Assembly: GCA_012837335.1 (NCBI GenBank)
Contig: DURM01000058.1
Coordinates: 8,279 to 72,278, forward strand
Length of the DNA stretch: 64,000 nt
Direction: 5' to 3'
DNA from: Bacillota bacterium
Lineage (GTDB): Bacteria; Bacillota; Limnochordia; Darwinibacteriales; DTU012
Shown here piece after piece: positions 1 through 11,152 of the stretch. The notes below the pieces were generated by a model. It did not search any database and was not told where the DNA came from. It saw only the letters and a program-made list of their open reading frames with translations. Position 1 is the first letter of the stretch; each line of letters opens with the position of its first letter. The position numbers were made by a program, and so were the translations under genes.

Positions 1-790
1 GGGTAGGAATTTCTTTTGGCGGCCGATCTGAGGAAATAACCAGCTGCTTATTGGCTTCGTATAAAGCGTTAAAGGTGTGGAAGAATTCTTCTTGAGTCGA
101 TTCTTTACCGGCCACAAACTGAATATCGTCAATTAAAAGAATATCGGCATTGCGGTACTTTGCCCTAAATTCAACCATGGATTTATTTCCAATAGCTTTA
201 ATTAAATCATTAGTAAATGTTTCGGAGGTAATATAAATAACGCGGATATCGGGATCCTTTTCCAGGGCATAGTGACCGATGGCATGCATTAGATGGGTCT
301 TACCTAGTCCGACTCCTCCATATAAAAATAAAGGATTATAAGCTCTAGCTGGGGCTTCTGCTACTGCTAAACTTGCTGCATGTGCAAAACGGTTGGAATT
401 ACCGACCACAAAAGTATCAAAAGTATACTTAGAATTCAGAATACTCGCATCTTTTGGTTCTGGATGCTGATCGCTGGTTGGTTTGGCCGGTTTCTTTTCC
501 GGTAACACTTCGCGCCGTTCTGGCTGTTCCGGGGCCTGCTGAGGTGCATCTACCTCAAAACGCAGTTCCCAGTTTTCATTGATAATATGGCGCAGCGTTT
601 TGCGTAATGCCAAAGTATAACGCGCTTCAACCCAGTCGCGAGTAAATTCGTTTGGAACGGTGATATAAAGCGTGGAGCCTTCTAACCGGCTGGGCTTAGT
701 ATGTTTTAGCCAAGCATCAAATGATGCCTGGGCAACTTCGCTTGTCATGACCTTTAGTACTTCGTTCCAAATACTCCTCAACTGGTCCAT
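1..790 (-). CDS. dnaA: Chromosomal replication initiator DnaA, N-terminal two-thirds (3' end lies beyond the left window edge)
   Basis: The reverse strand encodes an AAA+ region with Walker A ...[23 protein letters not shown]... The start ATG is the complement of 788-790. The gene faces away from rpmH, as in the Firmicute ori layout. Confidence 0.9.
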   Translation of the reverse strand, partial: MDQLRSIWNEVLKVMTSEVAQASFDAWLKHTKPSRLEGSTLYITVPNEFTRDWVEARYTLALRKTLRHIINENWELRFEVDAPQQAPEQPERREVLPEKKPAKPTSDQHPEPKDASILNSKYTFDTFVVGNSNRFAHAASLAVAEAPARAYNPLFLYGGVGLGKTHLMHAIGHYALEKDPDIRVIYITSETFTNDLIKAIGNKSMVEFRAKYRNADILLIDDIQFVAGKESTQEEFFHTFNALYEANKQLVISSDRPPKEIPT

Positions 791-829
791 TACAACTTCC
801 TCCTACAATTATGGTTGATCTAATCATTC

Positions 830-1300
830 TTTATTTAATCCACAGGATCCTGCTTCGACAAAATAAAACAACCCCCAACCATTTTTGGGGATAACAGTTA
901 TGTGCATAAAAATCAGCTGGTTTTACACATAATCCACGGTTCCTAAACCCGTTGTAGATGCGGGTTTTTTAAAAAATATCCACAGTATCAACAGGATATC
1001 CACAGAAACAGTTATCAACAAGGATTACGAGTTATCCCTGTTCGATACCCACATCATCCACAAAACAATCCACAAGCGATATTTTGTTTAAAAGTGGTGG
1101 ATAAGTCAATCGGGGTAGGCATTTATCGGTTTTTATCAGATTTTACCAGCTGAGGATTATTCACAACCCCCAATTCGACAAGTAATCCACAAACTTATCT
1201 ACAGGCTGTGAATAAAAAAACCCTTATTTATCAGAATTCTTGGGTATTGTAACAGACAAACCCTGGTTTATCAACATCTTTGTGGATATACTACTATGGA
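830..1300. other. oriC-associated DnaA-box cluster (dnaA-rpmH intergenic region) with AT-rich tracts
   Basis: About 14 9-mers within 0-2 mismatches of TTATCCACA lie on both strands. Examples: TAATCCACA ~834 and ~1183, ATATCCACA ~977/~997 and reverse ~1281, TCATCCACA ~1054, TTATCAACA ~1012/~1267, reverse TTATCCACC ~1097, TTATCTACA ~1196. Confidence 0.75.
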
Positions 1301-1408
1301 AAATGTGGAAAAGTGTTCGCCTTGTTTTTACGGTTGACACCGCTATTAAAAATAAGTTAAAATAAGGCAGGTATGTATATGGGATGGTAGTGGAAGGAGG
1401 TAGTGGCA

Positions 1409-1543
1409 GTGAAAAGAACATTTCAACCTAATAATAGAAAGCGCAAAAGAAACCATGGCTTTTTAGCGCGGATGAAAACCAAAGGCGGCCGCAGAGTTAT
1501 TGCTGCTCGCAGAAGAAAGGGTAGAAAAACCTTAACTGCATAA
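1409..1543 (+). CDS. rpmH: 50S ribosomal protein L34
   Basis: GTG start with GGAAGGAGG SD. Translates to [44 protein letters not shown]. Absent from the ORF track because it is under 60 aa. Confidence 0.92.
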   Translation: MKRTFQPNNRKRKRNHGFLARMKTKGGRRVIAARRRKGRKTLTA

Positions 1544-1551
1544 AAGCCTAT

Positions 1552-1576
1552 GACCCGGAAACGGGTCTCTCTTTTA
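1552..1576 (+). terminator. Stem-loop with U-rich tail between rpmH and rnpA (partial terminator/attenuator)
   Basis: GACCCG-GAAA-CGGGTC is followed by TCTCTTTTAC. Confidence 0.35.
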
Positions 1577-1605
1577 CGGCGGAGATTGGAGGAAAAATCG
1601 TACTC

Positions 1606-1926
1606 ATGAAGAGGGAACAGCGTTTGACGCGCCGAGAAGATTTCCGCAGAGTCTACCGAAATGGATCCATTAAATTTGGGCGATATCTCGTGGTGCACCT
1701 TCTTCCCGTAACGGATGGCAGTACAAAGGTTGGAATCTCTGTGAGCAAAAAAGTTGGTAATGCGGTGGTTCGCAATCGGGTAAAGCGCCGTCTGCGTGAA
1801 ATTGTGAGGTTAAATTGGGAGCAGCTGCCTGAAAGGCATTATGTAGTATTCGGAGCTAAAGCCAAGAGCAGATATGCCAGTCACCAGCAGCTGCAGGCAG
1901 ACTTTCACCAGCTATTAAAGGTATAA
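1606..1926 (+). CDS. rnpA: RNase P protein component
   Basis: 106 aa basic protein with RNase P protein motifs ([11 protein letters not shown]... [18 protein letters not shown]), located after rpmH. Confidence 0.9.
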   Translation: MKREQRLTRREDFRRVYRNGSIKFGRYLVVHLLPVTDGSTKVGISVSKKVGNAVVRNRVKRRLREIVRLNWEQLPERHYVVFGAKAKSRYASHQQLQADFHQLLKV

Positions 1927-1952
1927 AAAGGTTAATAGAAGAAGGGGATACT

Positions 1953-2180
1953 ATGAAAACTATTTCGAAGCTTGTTCTATCGATTCCCCTATTTGTCATA
2001 TTCATCTATCAAAAGCTGATTTCTCCGCTCCTGCCGGCAAGATGCCGTTTTATACCTACTTGTTCAGAATATACAAAACAAGCGATCATACGTTATGGAT
2101 TTAAAGGATTATGGTTGGGATTACGCCGCATTTTGCATTGTCATCCATGGAATCCCGGCGGTTATGATCCAGTTCCATAA
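1953..2180 (+). CDS. yidD: Membrane protein insertion efficiency factor YidD
   Basis: 75 aa. ...[48 protein letters not shown] is the YidD signature. Confidence 0.9.
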   Translation: MKTISKLVLSIPLFVIFIYQKLISPLLPARCRFIPTCSEYTKQAIIRYGFKGLWLGLRRILHCHPWNPGGYDPVP

Positions 2181-2203
2181 GCGATTTAAGGGGGACATTT
2201 AAT

Positions 2204-2827
2204 TTGGCTTGGCTTGCGGATGGATTACGATGGTTATTTGATTTAATTGTCGGGTTTTCAAACAGCTACGGTATAGCAATCATTCTAGTTACAATCCTGA
2301 TCAGACTGGTACTGCTGCCTCTAACATTTAAACAGGCGAAAAACATGCAGTTGATGAAGGAAATCCAACCTAAGTTAGAGGAACTGCAGAAAAAATACAA
2401 GGATAATCCTCAAGAACTCCAAAACAGGACAATGAAGCTTTACCAGGATTATAAATACAATCCCTTCAGTGGATGTCTGCCGCTGTTGGTTCAGCTCCCG
2501 ATATTATGGGCATTTTTTGCAGTACTTAGGGATCTGCCCCAGAGTGACTTAGCTCAGTTTTTTTATTTGAACTTGACCGAGCCTGATCCGTACTATATTT
2601 TGCCGCTGCTTTCTGTACTAACTCAATTTATTAACGTCTGGCAGACTTCTGCTGGTTCTCAGCAGCGCGGAATGCTGATGTTTATGCCGCTCTTTATTGG
2701 CTGGATCAGTACTAGGCTGCCTGCAGGTTTGGTATTGTATTGGGTTGTAGGAAATATCTTTACGATTCTACAGCAAGCATGGATCAGCAAAAAGTTTCCA
2801 ACTGCGCCACAAGGGGGACAAAGTTAA
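2204..2827 (+). CDS. yidC: Membrane protein insertase YidC/OxaA/SpoIIIJ (short core form)
   Basis: 207 aa polytopic protein that begins at the conserved YidC core (TM helices, ...LYWVVGNIFTILQQ). Position after rnpA-yidD. TTG start. Confidence 0.85.
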   Translation: MAWLADGLRWLFDLIVGFSNSYGIAIILVTILIRLVLLPLTFKQAKNMQLMKEIQPKLEELQKKYKDNPQELQNRTMKLYQDYKYNPFSGCLPLLVQLPILWAFFAVLRDLPQSDLAQFFYLNLTEPDPYYILPLLSVLTQFINVWQTSAGSQQRGMLMFMPLFIGWISTRLPAGLVLYWVVGNIFTILQQAWISKKFPTAPQGGQS

Positions 2828-3460
2828 ATGAAATCTGTAGAGATAACCGCACGTTCCGTTGAGGAAGCTGTTAACGAGGGTTTAGAAAAATTGGGTGCGA
2901 CACGGGAAGATGTGGAAGTTACTGTCTTGGAAGAGGGATCCAAAGGATTATTTGGAATTCTAGGCTCCAGACAGGCAAAAGTCAGATTGGAATTAATTAT
3001 TAACGCCAAATATAAAAGCCAAGTCGCCAAGAATTATCTCCAGGAAATTCTGCGTTTGATGAATGTTGAAGCTGATATCCATATTGATGTCAGTGATGAG
3101 GAAAATGTCAGATTGGCCATGTATGGTGAAAATCTTGGATTATTGATTGGAAGACGTGGGCAAACTTTAGATGCGCTCCAGTACTTAGTCAGTATGGTAG
3201 CAAACCGCGAGGGCGGTAAATGGGTTAGAATTATTATTGATGTAGAAGGATATCGGAGCCGCAGAGAGAATACATTAAAGTCTCTGGCACAAAGATTAGC
3301 TGCCCGAGCAGTAGACAGCGGCAGAAGAGTGGTTCTCGATCCAATGACGCCTTTAGAGCGCAGAATAATCCATACGGAGCTGTCAGAAAATCCTGATGTG
3401 GAGACCCACAGTGAGGGGCGAGAACCATATCGCCGAGTGATTATCGTTCCGAAAAGATAA
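2828..3460 (+). CDS. jag: Jag/KhpB RNA-binding protein (Jag_N + KH + R3H)
   Basis: 210 aa with C-terminal R3H-like ...RRVVLDPMTPLERRIIH. Conserved position after yidC. Confidence 0.85.
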   Translation: MKSVEITARSVEEAVNEGLEKLGATREDVEVTVLEEGSKGLFGILGSRQAKVRLELIINAKYKSQVAKNYLQEILRLMNVEADIHIDVSDEENVRLAMYGENLGLLIGRRGQTLDALQYLVSMVANREGGKWVRIIIDVEGYRSRRENTLKSLAQRLAARAVDSGRRVVLDPMTPLERRIIHTELSENPDVETHSEGREPYRRVIIVPKR

Positions 3461-3528
3461 ATGAGCGTGCCGCTGGTACGCTTATTTTATTTACAGAGCA
3501 GATTTACAGGAAATGGTGGGAAACAACT

Positions 3529-4920
3529 ATGTTCAGTGATACTATCGCAGCTATTTCAACTGCATTAGGTGAAGCAGGTATCGGTATTATCCGCGTCAGC
3601 GGTAAGGATGCCATAAAAATATCTGATCAGGTTTTCAAGGGCAAGGGCCGCAAGAAGCTTGCCGAGCTGCCGGGCTTTACTGTCCGTTATGGTAAAATCG
3701 TTGATCGCAATGGGGCAACTATTGATGAAGCATTGGCCTTAGTTATGCGGGGACCGAATTCGTATACCGGCGAAGACGTGGTGGAACTGCAGTGCCATGG
3801 CGGTGTAGTTGTGCAGCAGCGAATTCTAGAGCTGTTATTATCGCTAGGTGCGCGCCTGGCTGAGCCGGGAGAGTTCACCAAACGGGCTTTTTTAAATGGC
3901 CGCATGGATCTATCTCAAGCAGAAGCGGTAATTGATATCATCCGCTCTAAAACTGACCGCAGTTTAGATGTGGCAGTTAACCAGCTGGAAGGCAGCTTAA
4001 GCCGCAGGATCCAGTCGCTGCGGGAAAAACTCTATGATTTGGTGGTTCAGGTTGAAGCAGCTATCGATTTTCCGGAAGATGATATTCCGGAGATCGGCAT
4101 TGAGACAATGAAAAGTGTAATTCTTGATGCTGTAAATGAGGTCACAAAGCTGATTGACACTGCTGATAACGGTAAGGTGCTGCGGGAAGGCCTTAAAACG
4201 GTGATTACCGGAAAACCCAATGTGGGTAAATCCAGCCTGCTGAACCGCCTCCTTGATGAGAACCGCGCCTTGGTAACAGATATTCCCGGAACGACCCGAG
4301 ATACTATCGAAGAGGTCTTAAATATCAACGGCATTCCCCTGCGATTAATCGATACCGCGGGAATCCGCAGCTCCGAAGACCAGGTGGAACAGCTCGGAGT
4401 TAAGCGGGCACTGGAACTAGTAAAAGAAGCGGATCTAATCCTGCATGTGCTGGATATCAGCCGAGAATTAGAATCTGAAGACATTCAGCTGCTGACTCAG
4501 CTAAAAGACCGCAAACGTGTGATTATCATTAATAAAATCGATCTGCCGCGCCAGTGGGATTCCAGATCCTATCTCCTCAATTCCGGTTACATTGATGATG
4601 GTGTGCCTGTGGTGGAAATTTCGCTGACGGAAGATGATCTGGAACCGCTGTTAGACTGCATTATCAGCTTAATCATGGGTGGAGTTGTGCAGATTGAGCG
4701 GGAAAATGCGATTATTACGCGGAGCAGACACAAGCACGCGTTAATTGAAGCTCGCACAGATTTAGAACAGGCCATGGAAACTCTGGACCAGGGACTGCCA
4801 TTAGACTTAATCTCGATTGGCTTAAATGGAGCTTTAGAGCATTTAGGTGAAATTACCGGCGAGACAGTCCGGGAAAATATTATCGAACGGATTTTTGCTC
4901 AATTTTGTATTGGAAAGTAG
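3529..4920 (+). CDS. mnmE: tRNA modification GTPase MnmE (TrmE)
   Basis: 463 aa. N-terminal THF-binding domain, G domain ([18 protein letters not shown]) and C-terminal ...CIGK. Confidence 0.92.
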   Translation: MFSDTIAAISTALGEAGIGIIRVSGKDAIKISDQVFKGKGRKKLAELPGFTVRYGKIVDRNGATIDEALALVMRGPNSYTGEDVVELQCHGGVVVQQRILELLLSLGARLAEPGEFTKRAFLNGRMDLSQAEAVIDIIRSKTDRSLDVAVNQLEGSLSRRIQSLREKLYDLVVQVEAAIDFPEDDIPEIGIETMKSVILDAVNEVTKLIDTADNGKVLREGLKTVITGKPNVGKSSLLNRLLDENRALVTDIPGTTRDTIEEVLNINGIPLRLIDTAGIRSSEDQVEQLGVKRALELVKEADLILHVLDISRELESEDIQLLTQLKDRKRVIIINKIDLPRQWDSRSYLLNSGYIDDGVPVVEISLTEDDLEPLLDCIISLIMGGVVQIERENAIITRSRHKHALIEARTDLEQAMETLDQGLPLDLISIGLNGALEHLGEITGETVRENIIERIFAQFCIGK

Positions 4921-4927
4921 GAAAAGC

Positions 4928-6799
4928 ATGAGTAAGGAATATGCAGTAATAGTGGTTGGCGGTGGGCACGCCGGCTGTGAAGCAGCTTTAGCGGCAGCGC
5001 GGCTTGGCTGTAAAACGCTGCTGATCACTATGAATTTAGATACAATAGCACAGTTATCATGTAATCCTGCGATTGGGGGACCGGCTGCCAAGAGCCATTT
5101 AGTAAGGGAAATCGATGCTTTAGGCGGCGAAATGGGCAAAGTAATTGACCAGACCTATCTGAACATTAGAATGCTGAATCTCAGCAGGGGTCCGGCTGTG
5201 CACGCTCTAAGGGCCCAAGCAGATAAAGTCAAATACCGGGCTGTGATGACCATGACTTTAGAATCACAGCCAAATCTCCGGGTCCTCCAGGGAGTAGTTA
5301 CCAATATTCTCCATGAAGATGGTGTAGTATACGGAGTGCAGCTTAAGACCGGCACTAAAATAACTGCTGAAACAGTTATTCTCACAACCGGTACTTTTAT
5401 GCGGGGCGTAGTGGTGATCGGTCATGTTCGCTATCCCGGCGGGCGCCAGGGTGAGCCAAGCGCCGATGAGCTGTCCCAGAGTTTGCGGGATGCAGGGCTG
5501 AGATTAGCCAGATTTCAAACTGCAACCCCACCGCGAATTCACGCTGACAGTGTAGACTACAGCAAGCTGAACTGCCAGCATGGCTCAGAAACACCTCTGC
5601 GGTTCTCGTTTGATACGCCGCGGATTGTTCGCGAGCAGGTTCCCTGCTGGTATACAAGAACAACACCGGAAACTATTCAAGTAATCCGTGATAACATCCA
5701 TTTATCGCCGATTCAAACAGGCACGGTCCAGGGGAAAGGTCCCCGTTACTGTCCGTCGATTGACCGGAAAGTTTTGCGCTTTCCGGATAAAGCGGATCAT
5801 CAGATCTTTTTAGAGCCGGAAGGGGAGTATACCAAAGAGCTTTACTGCTTAGGGCTGACTACTAGTATGCCGGAGCAAATTCAAAGCGAAATCCTCAAAA
5901 CTATTCCGGGTCTGGAAAATGTGCAGATTATGCGTACCGGTTATGCTGTTGAGTATGATTATATTCTTCCGGAGCAGACCTATCCAACTCTAGAATCTAA
6001 ATTGGTTAAGGGTTTGTATACGGCGGGGCAGATCAATGGAACTTCCGGCTATGAGGAAGCGGCTGCCCAGGGGTTGATTGCGGGCATAAACGCTGCCCAT
6101 AAAGTAATGGGCAGACCGCCATTGATTTTATCTCGGTCTCAAGCTTATATCGGTGTTTTAATTGATGATTTAGTTACTAAAGGTACCGACGAGCCGTACC
6201 GGATGATGACATCCAGAGCCGAGTATCGCTTGATCCTGCGTCAGGACAACGCGGATCTGCGTCTGAGGGAACTTGGCTATAAAATCGGTTTGATCGATGA
6301 ACAGCGCTACCAAAAACTCCAGGCTAAGAAAAAAGCTATTCAAGATACGCTGAAGTGGCTGCGGGAAACTCCGGTTTCTCCAACCCGGGAAGTGCGGGAT
6401 TATCTAATTGAAATGGGCTCAGGGGATCTGCAGAAAGCAGTTACACTCCATGAGATTCTCCAGCGTCCCAAACTTAAATTCAGCGATTTAGAATTCTTTG
6501 CACCTCTACCGGCTTTAGATCCGGAGGTAATCGAACAAGTGGAGATCGAATGCAAGTTTAAGGGCTATATCGAGCGCCAGCTGCGGCAGATTGAGGAGTT
6601 CAATAAAATGGAGGATATTGCTATTCCTGAAGATATGGATTACCTTAAGATTAAGGGACTCCGCAGCGAAGCAGTGGAGCGCTTAACAGCGATTAAACCT
6701 GCTTCGATAGGGCAGGCAGCGCGGATCTCTGGGGTATCTCCGGCAGATATTAATGTGTTACTTGTTGTACTGAAGGGAGAAAAGCATGTATCGGCATAG
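4928..6799 (+). CDS. mnmG: tRNA uridine-5-carboxymethylaminomethyl synthesis enzyme MnmG (GidA), copy 1
   Basis: FAD motif [21 protein letters not shown] and C-terminal ...[14 protein letters not shown]. The chosen start ATG at 4928 gives MSKEYAV...; the ORF-track start at 4847 overlaps the mnmE 3' end. Confidence 0.88.
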   Translation: MSKEYAVIVVGGGHAGCEAALAAARLGCKTLLITMNLDTIAQLSCNPAIGGPAAKSHLVREIDALGGEMGKVIDQTYLNIRMLNLSRGPAVHALRAQADKVKYRAVMTMTLESQPNLRVLQGVVTNILHEDGVVYGVQLKTGTKITAETVILTTGTFMRGVVVIGHVRYPGGRQGEPSADELSQSLRDAGLRLARFQTATPPRIHADSVDYSKLNCQHGSETPLRFSFDTPRIVREQVPCWYTRTTPETIQVIRDNIHLSPIQTGTVQGKGPRYCPSIDRKVLRFPDKADHQIFLEPEGEYTKELYCLGLTTSMPEQIQSEILKTIPGLENVQIMRTGYAVEYDYILPEQTYPTLESKLVKGLYTAGQINGTSGYEEAAAQGLIAGINAAHKVMGRPPLILSRSQAYIGVLIDDLVTKGTDEPYRMMTSRAEYRLILRQDNADLRLRELGYKIGLIDEQRYQKLQAKKKAIQDTLKWLRETPVSPTREVRDYLIEMGSGDLQKAVTLHEILQRPKLKFSDLEFFAPLPALDPEVIEQVEIECKFKGYIERQLRQIEEFNKMEDIAIPEDMDYLKIKGLRSEAVERLTAIKPASIGQAARISGVSPADINVLLVVLKGEKHVSA

Positions 6800-8648
6800 C
6801 ACATCAGAATATGACGTTATAGTAGTCGGCGCGGGCCATGCCGGCTGTGAAGCTGCGTTGGCTGCGGCCAGAATGGGACAGCAGGTGCTGCTGTTAACTT
6901 TGAATTTGGATAATGTGGCGCTTCTGCCGTGCAATCCTTCCTTAGGTGGTCCAGCTAAAGCGAATCTAATCCGAGAAATCGACGCCTTAGGTGGAGAAAT
7001 GGCTAAAGTAGCTGATGCAACATTAATGCAGATGCGGCGCCTCAATACTCGTAAGGGTCCTGCTGTTCAGGCTTTGCGTGCCCAGATTGATCGGAAGTTA
7101 TATCAGCGGCGGATGAAATATATTCTCGAGACTACTCCTAATCTGTACTTAAAGGAAGGAACAGTCAGCGATCTGCTGGTTAATAACAACCGTGTTTATG
7201 GGGTGAAGATTGGAAATACTAGTGTCCGGGGTAAGGTTGTGATACTGGCAACTGGTACCTATCTCCGGTCGGTAATTTTTGTCGGGGAAGATTCGTTTTC
7301 TTCAGGGCCGCAGGGCCAGCTGCCTGCTGTTGCCCTTGGTCATGCTTTAGAAAAATGGCTCCCGTTGGTAAGATTTAAAACCGGGACACCAGCCCGGGTA
7401 AATCTGCGCTCGATTGACTATGACAAAATGATCATTCAACCGGCCAACGAGCATTTTCAGGGTTTTTCCTTTGAAACACAGGGTTTGGATCTTGAGCAGG
7501 TTCCCTGCTGGCTGACTTACACTAACGAAAAAACCCACCAGATTGTGCGGGAAAACCTCCATCGGGCGGCGCTGTATACCGGAGCGGTAAAAGGGGTCGG
7601 ACCCCGCTACTGTCCATCAATTGAAAGTAAAGTTGTGGAGTTTCCAGATCGCGACCGCCATCAGGTCTTTGTTGAACCGGAAGGGTGGGATACCAACGAA
7701 GGTTACTTAAGCGGTTTGTCAAGCTCACTTCCCGCTGATGTTCAGATTGATTTGATCAGGACCGTTCCCGGCTTGGAGAATGTGGAAATTATGCGGTTTG
7801 GCTATGCTATTGATTATGACTGTCTGGATCCGACAGTGCTCAACAGCTATCTTCAGGTTAAAGAATATGAAGGATTGTTTGCCGCAGGGCAGATTAACGG
7901 CACCAGCGGCTATGAAGAAGCTGCGGCGCAGGGTCTGCTGGCTGGAATTAACGCTGCGCTCTATCTGCAGGGTAAGGATTTGATTACAATCGATCGCTCG
8001 CAAGCCTACATTGGGGTATTGATTGATGATCTAGTAATCAAGGGCACTAAAGAGCCGTATCGGCTGATGACTTCCCATGCTGAGTATCGGCTGAACCTTC
8101 GCATTGACAATGCCGATCAGAGACTGACTCCCTTAGGATACAAGCTCGGTTTAATCTCGGAAGAGCGATACCGGAAATTTGAGCAGAAATGGGAAGCTAT
8201 TGACAAGGAAATCGACCGCCTGGAAAACTACAAGCTGGGCTCAACTGCAGAAACTAACGAGATTCTGCGCGAGCTGGGAACAGCTCCGATCAAGCACGGT
8301 TTCAGCCTGGCGGAGATTTTAAGACGCCCTGAGATCCAATATCAGGATCTAGCCCGCTTTGAGGAGCTGCCGGATTTGGATCCGATTGTAGTTGAGCAGG
8401 TGGAGATATCGATTAAATACCGCGGTTATCTTGAGAAGCAGGAAGCTGCTATCGCCCGGTTCAGGAAATTGGAGCACCGGCGCATTCCAGATCAAATCGA
8501 CTATCGCCAGATTCCAGGCTTATCAAGAGAAGCCCAGGAAAAGCTGGAGCGTGTAAAGCCCCTTACCTTAGGGCAGGCATCGCGGATATCAGGGGTTTCA
8601 CCAGCAGATATTTCTGTGCTGCTAGTATACTTGGAAGGGAAAAGCTGA
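6786..8648 (+). CDS. mnmG: Second full-length MnmG (GidA) paralogue, copy 2
   Basis: 620 aa. [28 protein letters not shown]..., and a C-terminal MnmG helical domain ...[19 protein letters not shown] is present. Overlaps copy 1 by 14 nt. About 55-60% identity to copy 1 by eye. Confidence 0.85.
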   Translation: MYRHSTSEYDVIVVGAGHAGCEAALAAARMGQQVLLLTLNLDNVALLPCNPSLGGPAKANLIREIDALGGEMAKVADATLMQMRRLNTRKGPAVQALRAQIDRKLYQRRMKYILETTPNLYLKEGTVSDLLVNNNRVYGVKIGNTSVRGKVVILATGTYLRSVIFVGEDSFSSGPQGQLPAVALGHALEKWLPLVRFKTGTPARVNLRSIDYDKMIIQPANEHFQGFSFETQGLDLEQVPCWLTYTNEKTHQIVRENLHRAALYTGAVKGVGPRYCPSIESKVVEFPDRDRHQVFVEPEGWDTNEGYLSGLSSSLPADVQIDLIRTVPGLENVEIMRFGYAIDYDCLDPTVLNSYLQVKEYEGLFAAGQINGTSGYEEAAAQGLLAGINAALYLQGKDLITIDRSQAYIGVLIDDLVIKGTKEPYRLMTSHAEYRLNLRIDNADQRLTPLGYKLGLISEERYRKFEQKWEAIDKEIDRLENYKLGSTAETNEILRELGTAPIKHGFSLAEILRRPEIQYQDLARFEELPDLDPIVVEQVEISIKYRGYLEKQEAAIARFRKLEHRRIPDQIDYRQIPGLSREAQEKLERVKPLTLGQASRISGVSPADISVLLVYLEGKS

Positions 8649-9370
8649 TGGATAAAGAAAAACTGCGTACAACACTAATTCGCGGCTGCTCGCTTTTAAA
8701 AATCGAAATTAACTCCCATCAAGTCGAGCAGCTGCTTAAGTTTGCTGATTTAATTGAAGAAGCAAACCAGCAGATGAATTTAACAAGAATTACTTCTGAA
8801 GAAGATTTTGCGGTTAAGCACTTAGTGGACTGCCTTGCTCTGCAGATCACAGGCCTGGACTTTACAGGCAGGGGAATTGATGTCGGCAGCGGTGCCGGAT
8901 TTCCCGGAATTGTGATTGCCAGCTGTTTGACCCGGGATCCAATCATTTTATTAGATTCTTTAGAAAAAAGGGTAAAATTCTTACAAAACGTTGCAGACGA
9001 ACTTAACCTAGACCATGTTACCTGTATCCACGGTAGAGCTGAAGACGCAGCAAGGGACCCAGATTACAGGGAGAAGTTCCAGTGGGTTACAGCGCGGGCT
9101 GTAGCTCCTCTGCCGGTTCTGCTGGAATACTGCGCTCCATTTATCGAGGTTGGTGGCTATTTCGTTGCGATGAAGGGAAGCAATGTCGAGTCAGAGTTGG
9201 AAGAGGCAGCCAATGCAATCAAGCTCTTGAATTTAAGCATAGTTGATCAGCGTGAGTTTGAACTTCCCTTTGACATGGGAGGGCGGTCAATAATCACTTT
9301 CAAAAAAGAATCCGCCATTTCGGAAAAATATCCGAGAAAAGCCGGTATTCCCAGCAAAAAGCCGCTGTAA
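8648..9370 (+). CDS. rsmG: 16S rRNA (guanine527-N7)-methyltransferase RsmG (GidB)
   Basis: 240 aa. SAM motif DVGSGAGFPGI. Conserved position after mnmG. Confidence 0.9.
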   Translation: MDKEKLRTTLIRGCSLLKIEINSHQVEQLLKFADLIEEANQQMNLTRITSEEDFAVKHLVDCLALQITGLDFTGRGIDVGSGAGFPGIVIASCLTRDPIILLDSLEKRVKFLQNVADELNLDHVTCIHGRAEDAARDPDYREKFQWVTARAVAPLPVLLEYCAPFIEVGGYFVAMKGSNVESELEEAANAIKLLNLSIVDQREFELPFDMGGRSIITFKKESAISEKYPRKAGIPSKKPL

Positions 9371-9406
9371 TTCGAGATTTAATCTCGTTTTACAGCGGTT
9401 TTTTTC
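9362..9406 (+). terminator. Rho-independent terminator after rsmG
   Basis: CCGCTGTAA...TTACAGCGG stem with a nested CGAGATTTAATCTCG hairpin, followed by TTTTTTT. Confidence 0.7.
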
Positions 9407-9503
9407 ATATTGTTTTTCGGATAAAATCCATTTCCCGGAAGGAACGGCAGTTCTGTTAACGAATAGGTATAGTATACTTAGCAATACATAGGTTGGTGAT
9501 AAG

Positions 9504-10388
9504 GTGAAATTGACGGATATGCTGCGGGCACGGAATAGGCAATCGGAAGCAGCAGAGCCAAAATTTGCGACACAGGCTGATAAAATACCGAAATTAGGCA
9601 GAGAAGAAGTAACCTCCCTGCCGATCAATCAAATCGAGCCCAATCCTTTTCAGCCGAGAATCCAATTTGATGAAGAAGCTCTGCAGGAACTAGCAAATTC
9701 CATTGCTGCCCACGGGCTGCTTCATCCGATTATAGTTAGAGCGGCGGAACATGGCTACCAAGTTATCGCTGGAGAGCGACGGCTCAGGGCCTGCAAGCTC
9801 TTAGGTTGGGGCAGTATTCCTGCCATCGTTCGTGTAATGGACGATCGAACAGCAGCAGAGATGGCCCTGATCGAAAATCTACAGCGGCGCGATCTCCATT
9901 TTTTGGAAGAGGCTGAAGGGTATGAGCGCTTGCTGGCTGAGTTTCAGCTCACTCAAGAGGAACTGGCTAAACGAATTGGTAAGAGTCAATCCAGCATAGC
10001 GAACCGACTGCGTTTGCTGAAGTTAGATAAGGAAATAAGGGACATTATTTCCCGGGAAATGATCACGGAACGGCACGCGCGAGCTCTGCTGAGATTAGCT
10101 TCTTCCAAGGCCCAGCTTGAGGTTTTGAATGAGATAATTGCTAAAAAGTTGAGTGTGCGGCAGACAGAGGAGTTGGTCAACAGCCGCATAAAGCAGGCAG
10201 AGGAAGCAGAGTCAAAACCAAAAAGAAAGATAGTATTTAAAGACATTCGCTTGTTTACAAATAGTTTAAAACAATTGACAAATTCCCTCACTGATAGTGG
10301 ATTAGAAATAGACTATAAAGAAGACGAAGATGATGAATTTTATCGAATTACAGTTGCAATTAAAAAGCCTGAGAGGAGGGACCAATAA
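9504..10388 (+). CDS. noc: Nucleoid occlusion protein Noc (ParB family)
   Basis: ParB box ...QVIAGERRLRAC.., HTH, and its position as the first ParB homologue upstream of parA, as in B. subtilis. GTG start. Confidence 0.8.
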   Translation: MKLTDMLRARNRQSEAAEPKFATQADKIPKLGREEVTSLPINQIEPNPFQPRIQFDEEALQELANSIAAHGLLHPIIVRAAEHGYQVIAGERRLRACKLLGWGSIPAIVRVMDDRTAAEMALIENLQRRDLHFLEEAEGYERLLAEFQLTQEELAKRIGKSQSSIANRLRLLKLDKEIRDIISREMITERHARALLRLASSKAQLEVLNEIIAKKLSVRQTEELVNSRIKQAEEAESKPKRKIVFKDIRLFTNSLKQLTNSLTDSGLEIDYKEDEDDEFYRITVAIKKPERRDQ

Positions 10389-11152
10389 TGGGCAGAATCA
10401 TTTCAATTGTCAACCAAAAAGGCGGAGTAGGTAAAAGTACAACAGCTGTCAATTTAGGTGCTTACCTTGCGTTAGCAGGCAAACAAGTGCTCCTGGTAGA
10501 TATCGATCCCCAGGGAAATGCTTCAAGCGGCGTTGGTGTAGATAAAAGAGCAATAGAGCGCTGCATGTATTCTGTACTGATTGAAGGCGAGCGGATTGAG
10601 CGAATTATCTTGCCTACAGAGATCGACAGCCTGTTTATTGCGCCTGCGACGATCGAATTGGCTGGGGCGGAAATTGAGCTGGTTTCCACAATTTCCAGGG
10701 AGTTTCGCCTCAAAAGAGCTTTAGATTTAGTTATCAGTAAGTACGACTACGTCATTATTGACTGTCCGCCTTCTTTAGGCTTGCTGACGATTAATGGATT
10801 AACTGCGTCGGATTCTCTCATTGTTCCGATTCAATGTGAGTACTATGCTTTAGAAGGCTTGAGCCAGCTGGTCAGTACAATTGCGATGGTGCAGGAGCAC
10901 CTTAACCCAGATTTAGCTTGGGAGGGTGTGGTCATGACTATGTTTGATGTCCGCACTAATCTCTCGCAGCAGGTCATTCAAGATGTGAAGAACTACTTCC
11001 AATCTCAAGTTAAAGTATACGACTCAATTATTCCCCGCAATATTAAACTCAGTGAAGCGCCGAGCTTTGGTAAACCCATCGCATTATACGACCCGAAATC
11101 TAAAGGAGCATTGGCTTACGAAAGTTTAGCGCAGGAGGTGCTTGATTCTTGA
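10388..11152 (+). CDS. soj: Chromosome partitioning ATPase ParA/Soj
   Basis: 254 aa with deviant Walker A NQKGGVGKSTTAVNL. Confidence 0.9.
   Translation: MGRIISIVNQKGGVGKSTTAVNLGAYLALAGKQVLLVDIDPQGNASSGVGVDKRAIERCMYSVLIEGERIERIILPTEIDSLFIAPATIELAGAEIELVSTISREFRLKRALDLVISKYDYVIIDCPPSLGLLTINGLTASDSLIVPIQCEYYALEGLSQLVSTIAMVQEHLNPDLAWEGVVMTMFDVRTNLSQQVIQDVKNYFQSQVKVYDSIIPRNIKLSEAPSFGKPIALYDPKSKGALAYESLAQEVLDS

Noticed and set aside
1224-1698. Two minus-strand ORFs (65 and 91 aa) from the six-frame track, lying over the oriC region, rpmH and the start of rnpA
   Set aside because: They overlap the well-supported rpmH and rnpA genes on the opposite strand and the DnaA-box array. The sequences are low-complexity with no SD. 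They are antisense artefacts.
4047-4484. 145-aa minus-strand ORF inside mnmE, and similar antisense ORFs inside mnmG, gcvP, the ABC-F gene (33859-34395), mfd (53682-54173, 55101-55553) and others
   Set aside because: All are fully embedded antisense to long, confidently identified genes. The Ser/Arg-rich compositions are typical of reverse-frame artefacts.
4847-4927. ORF-track N-terminal extensions (mnmG copy 1 from 4847, glmU from 49572, ctc from 51972, pth from 52667, divIC from 60632, the SipL-like gene from 40944, ychF from 22302)
   Set aside because: In each case the extension overlaps the upstream gene or lacks an SD, and a downstream in-frame start with a good SD matches the conserved N-terminus of the protein family.
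9427-9440. Noc-binding-site-like sequence ATTTCCCGGAAGGA just upstream of noc (and GATTTCCCGGAATTG inside rsmG at ~8890)
   Set aside because: Only the left half matches the NBS consensus ATTTCCCGGGAAAT. The right half is not palindromic. Too weak to call.
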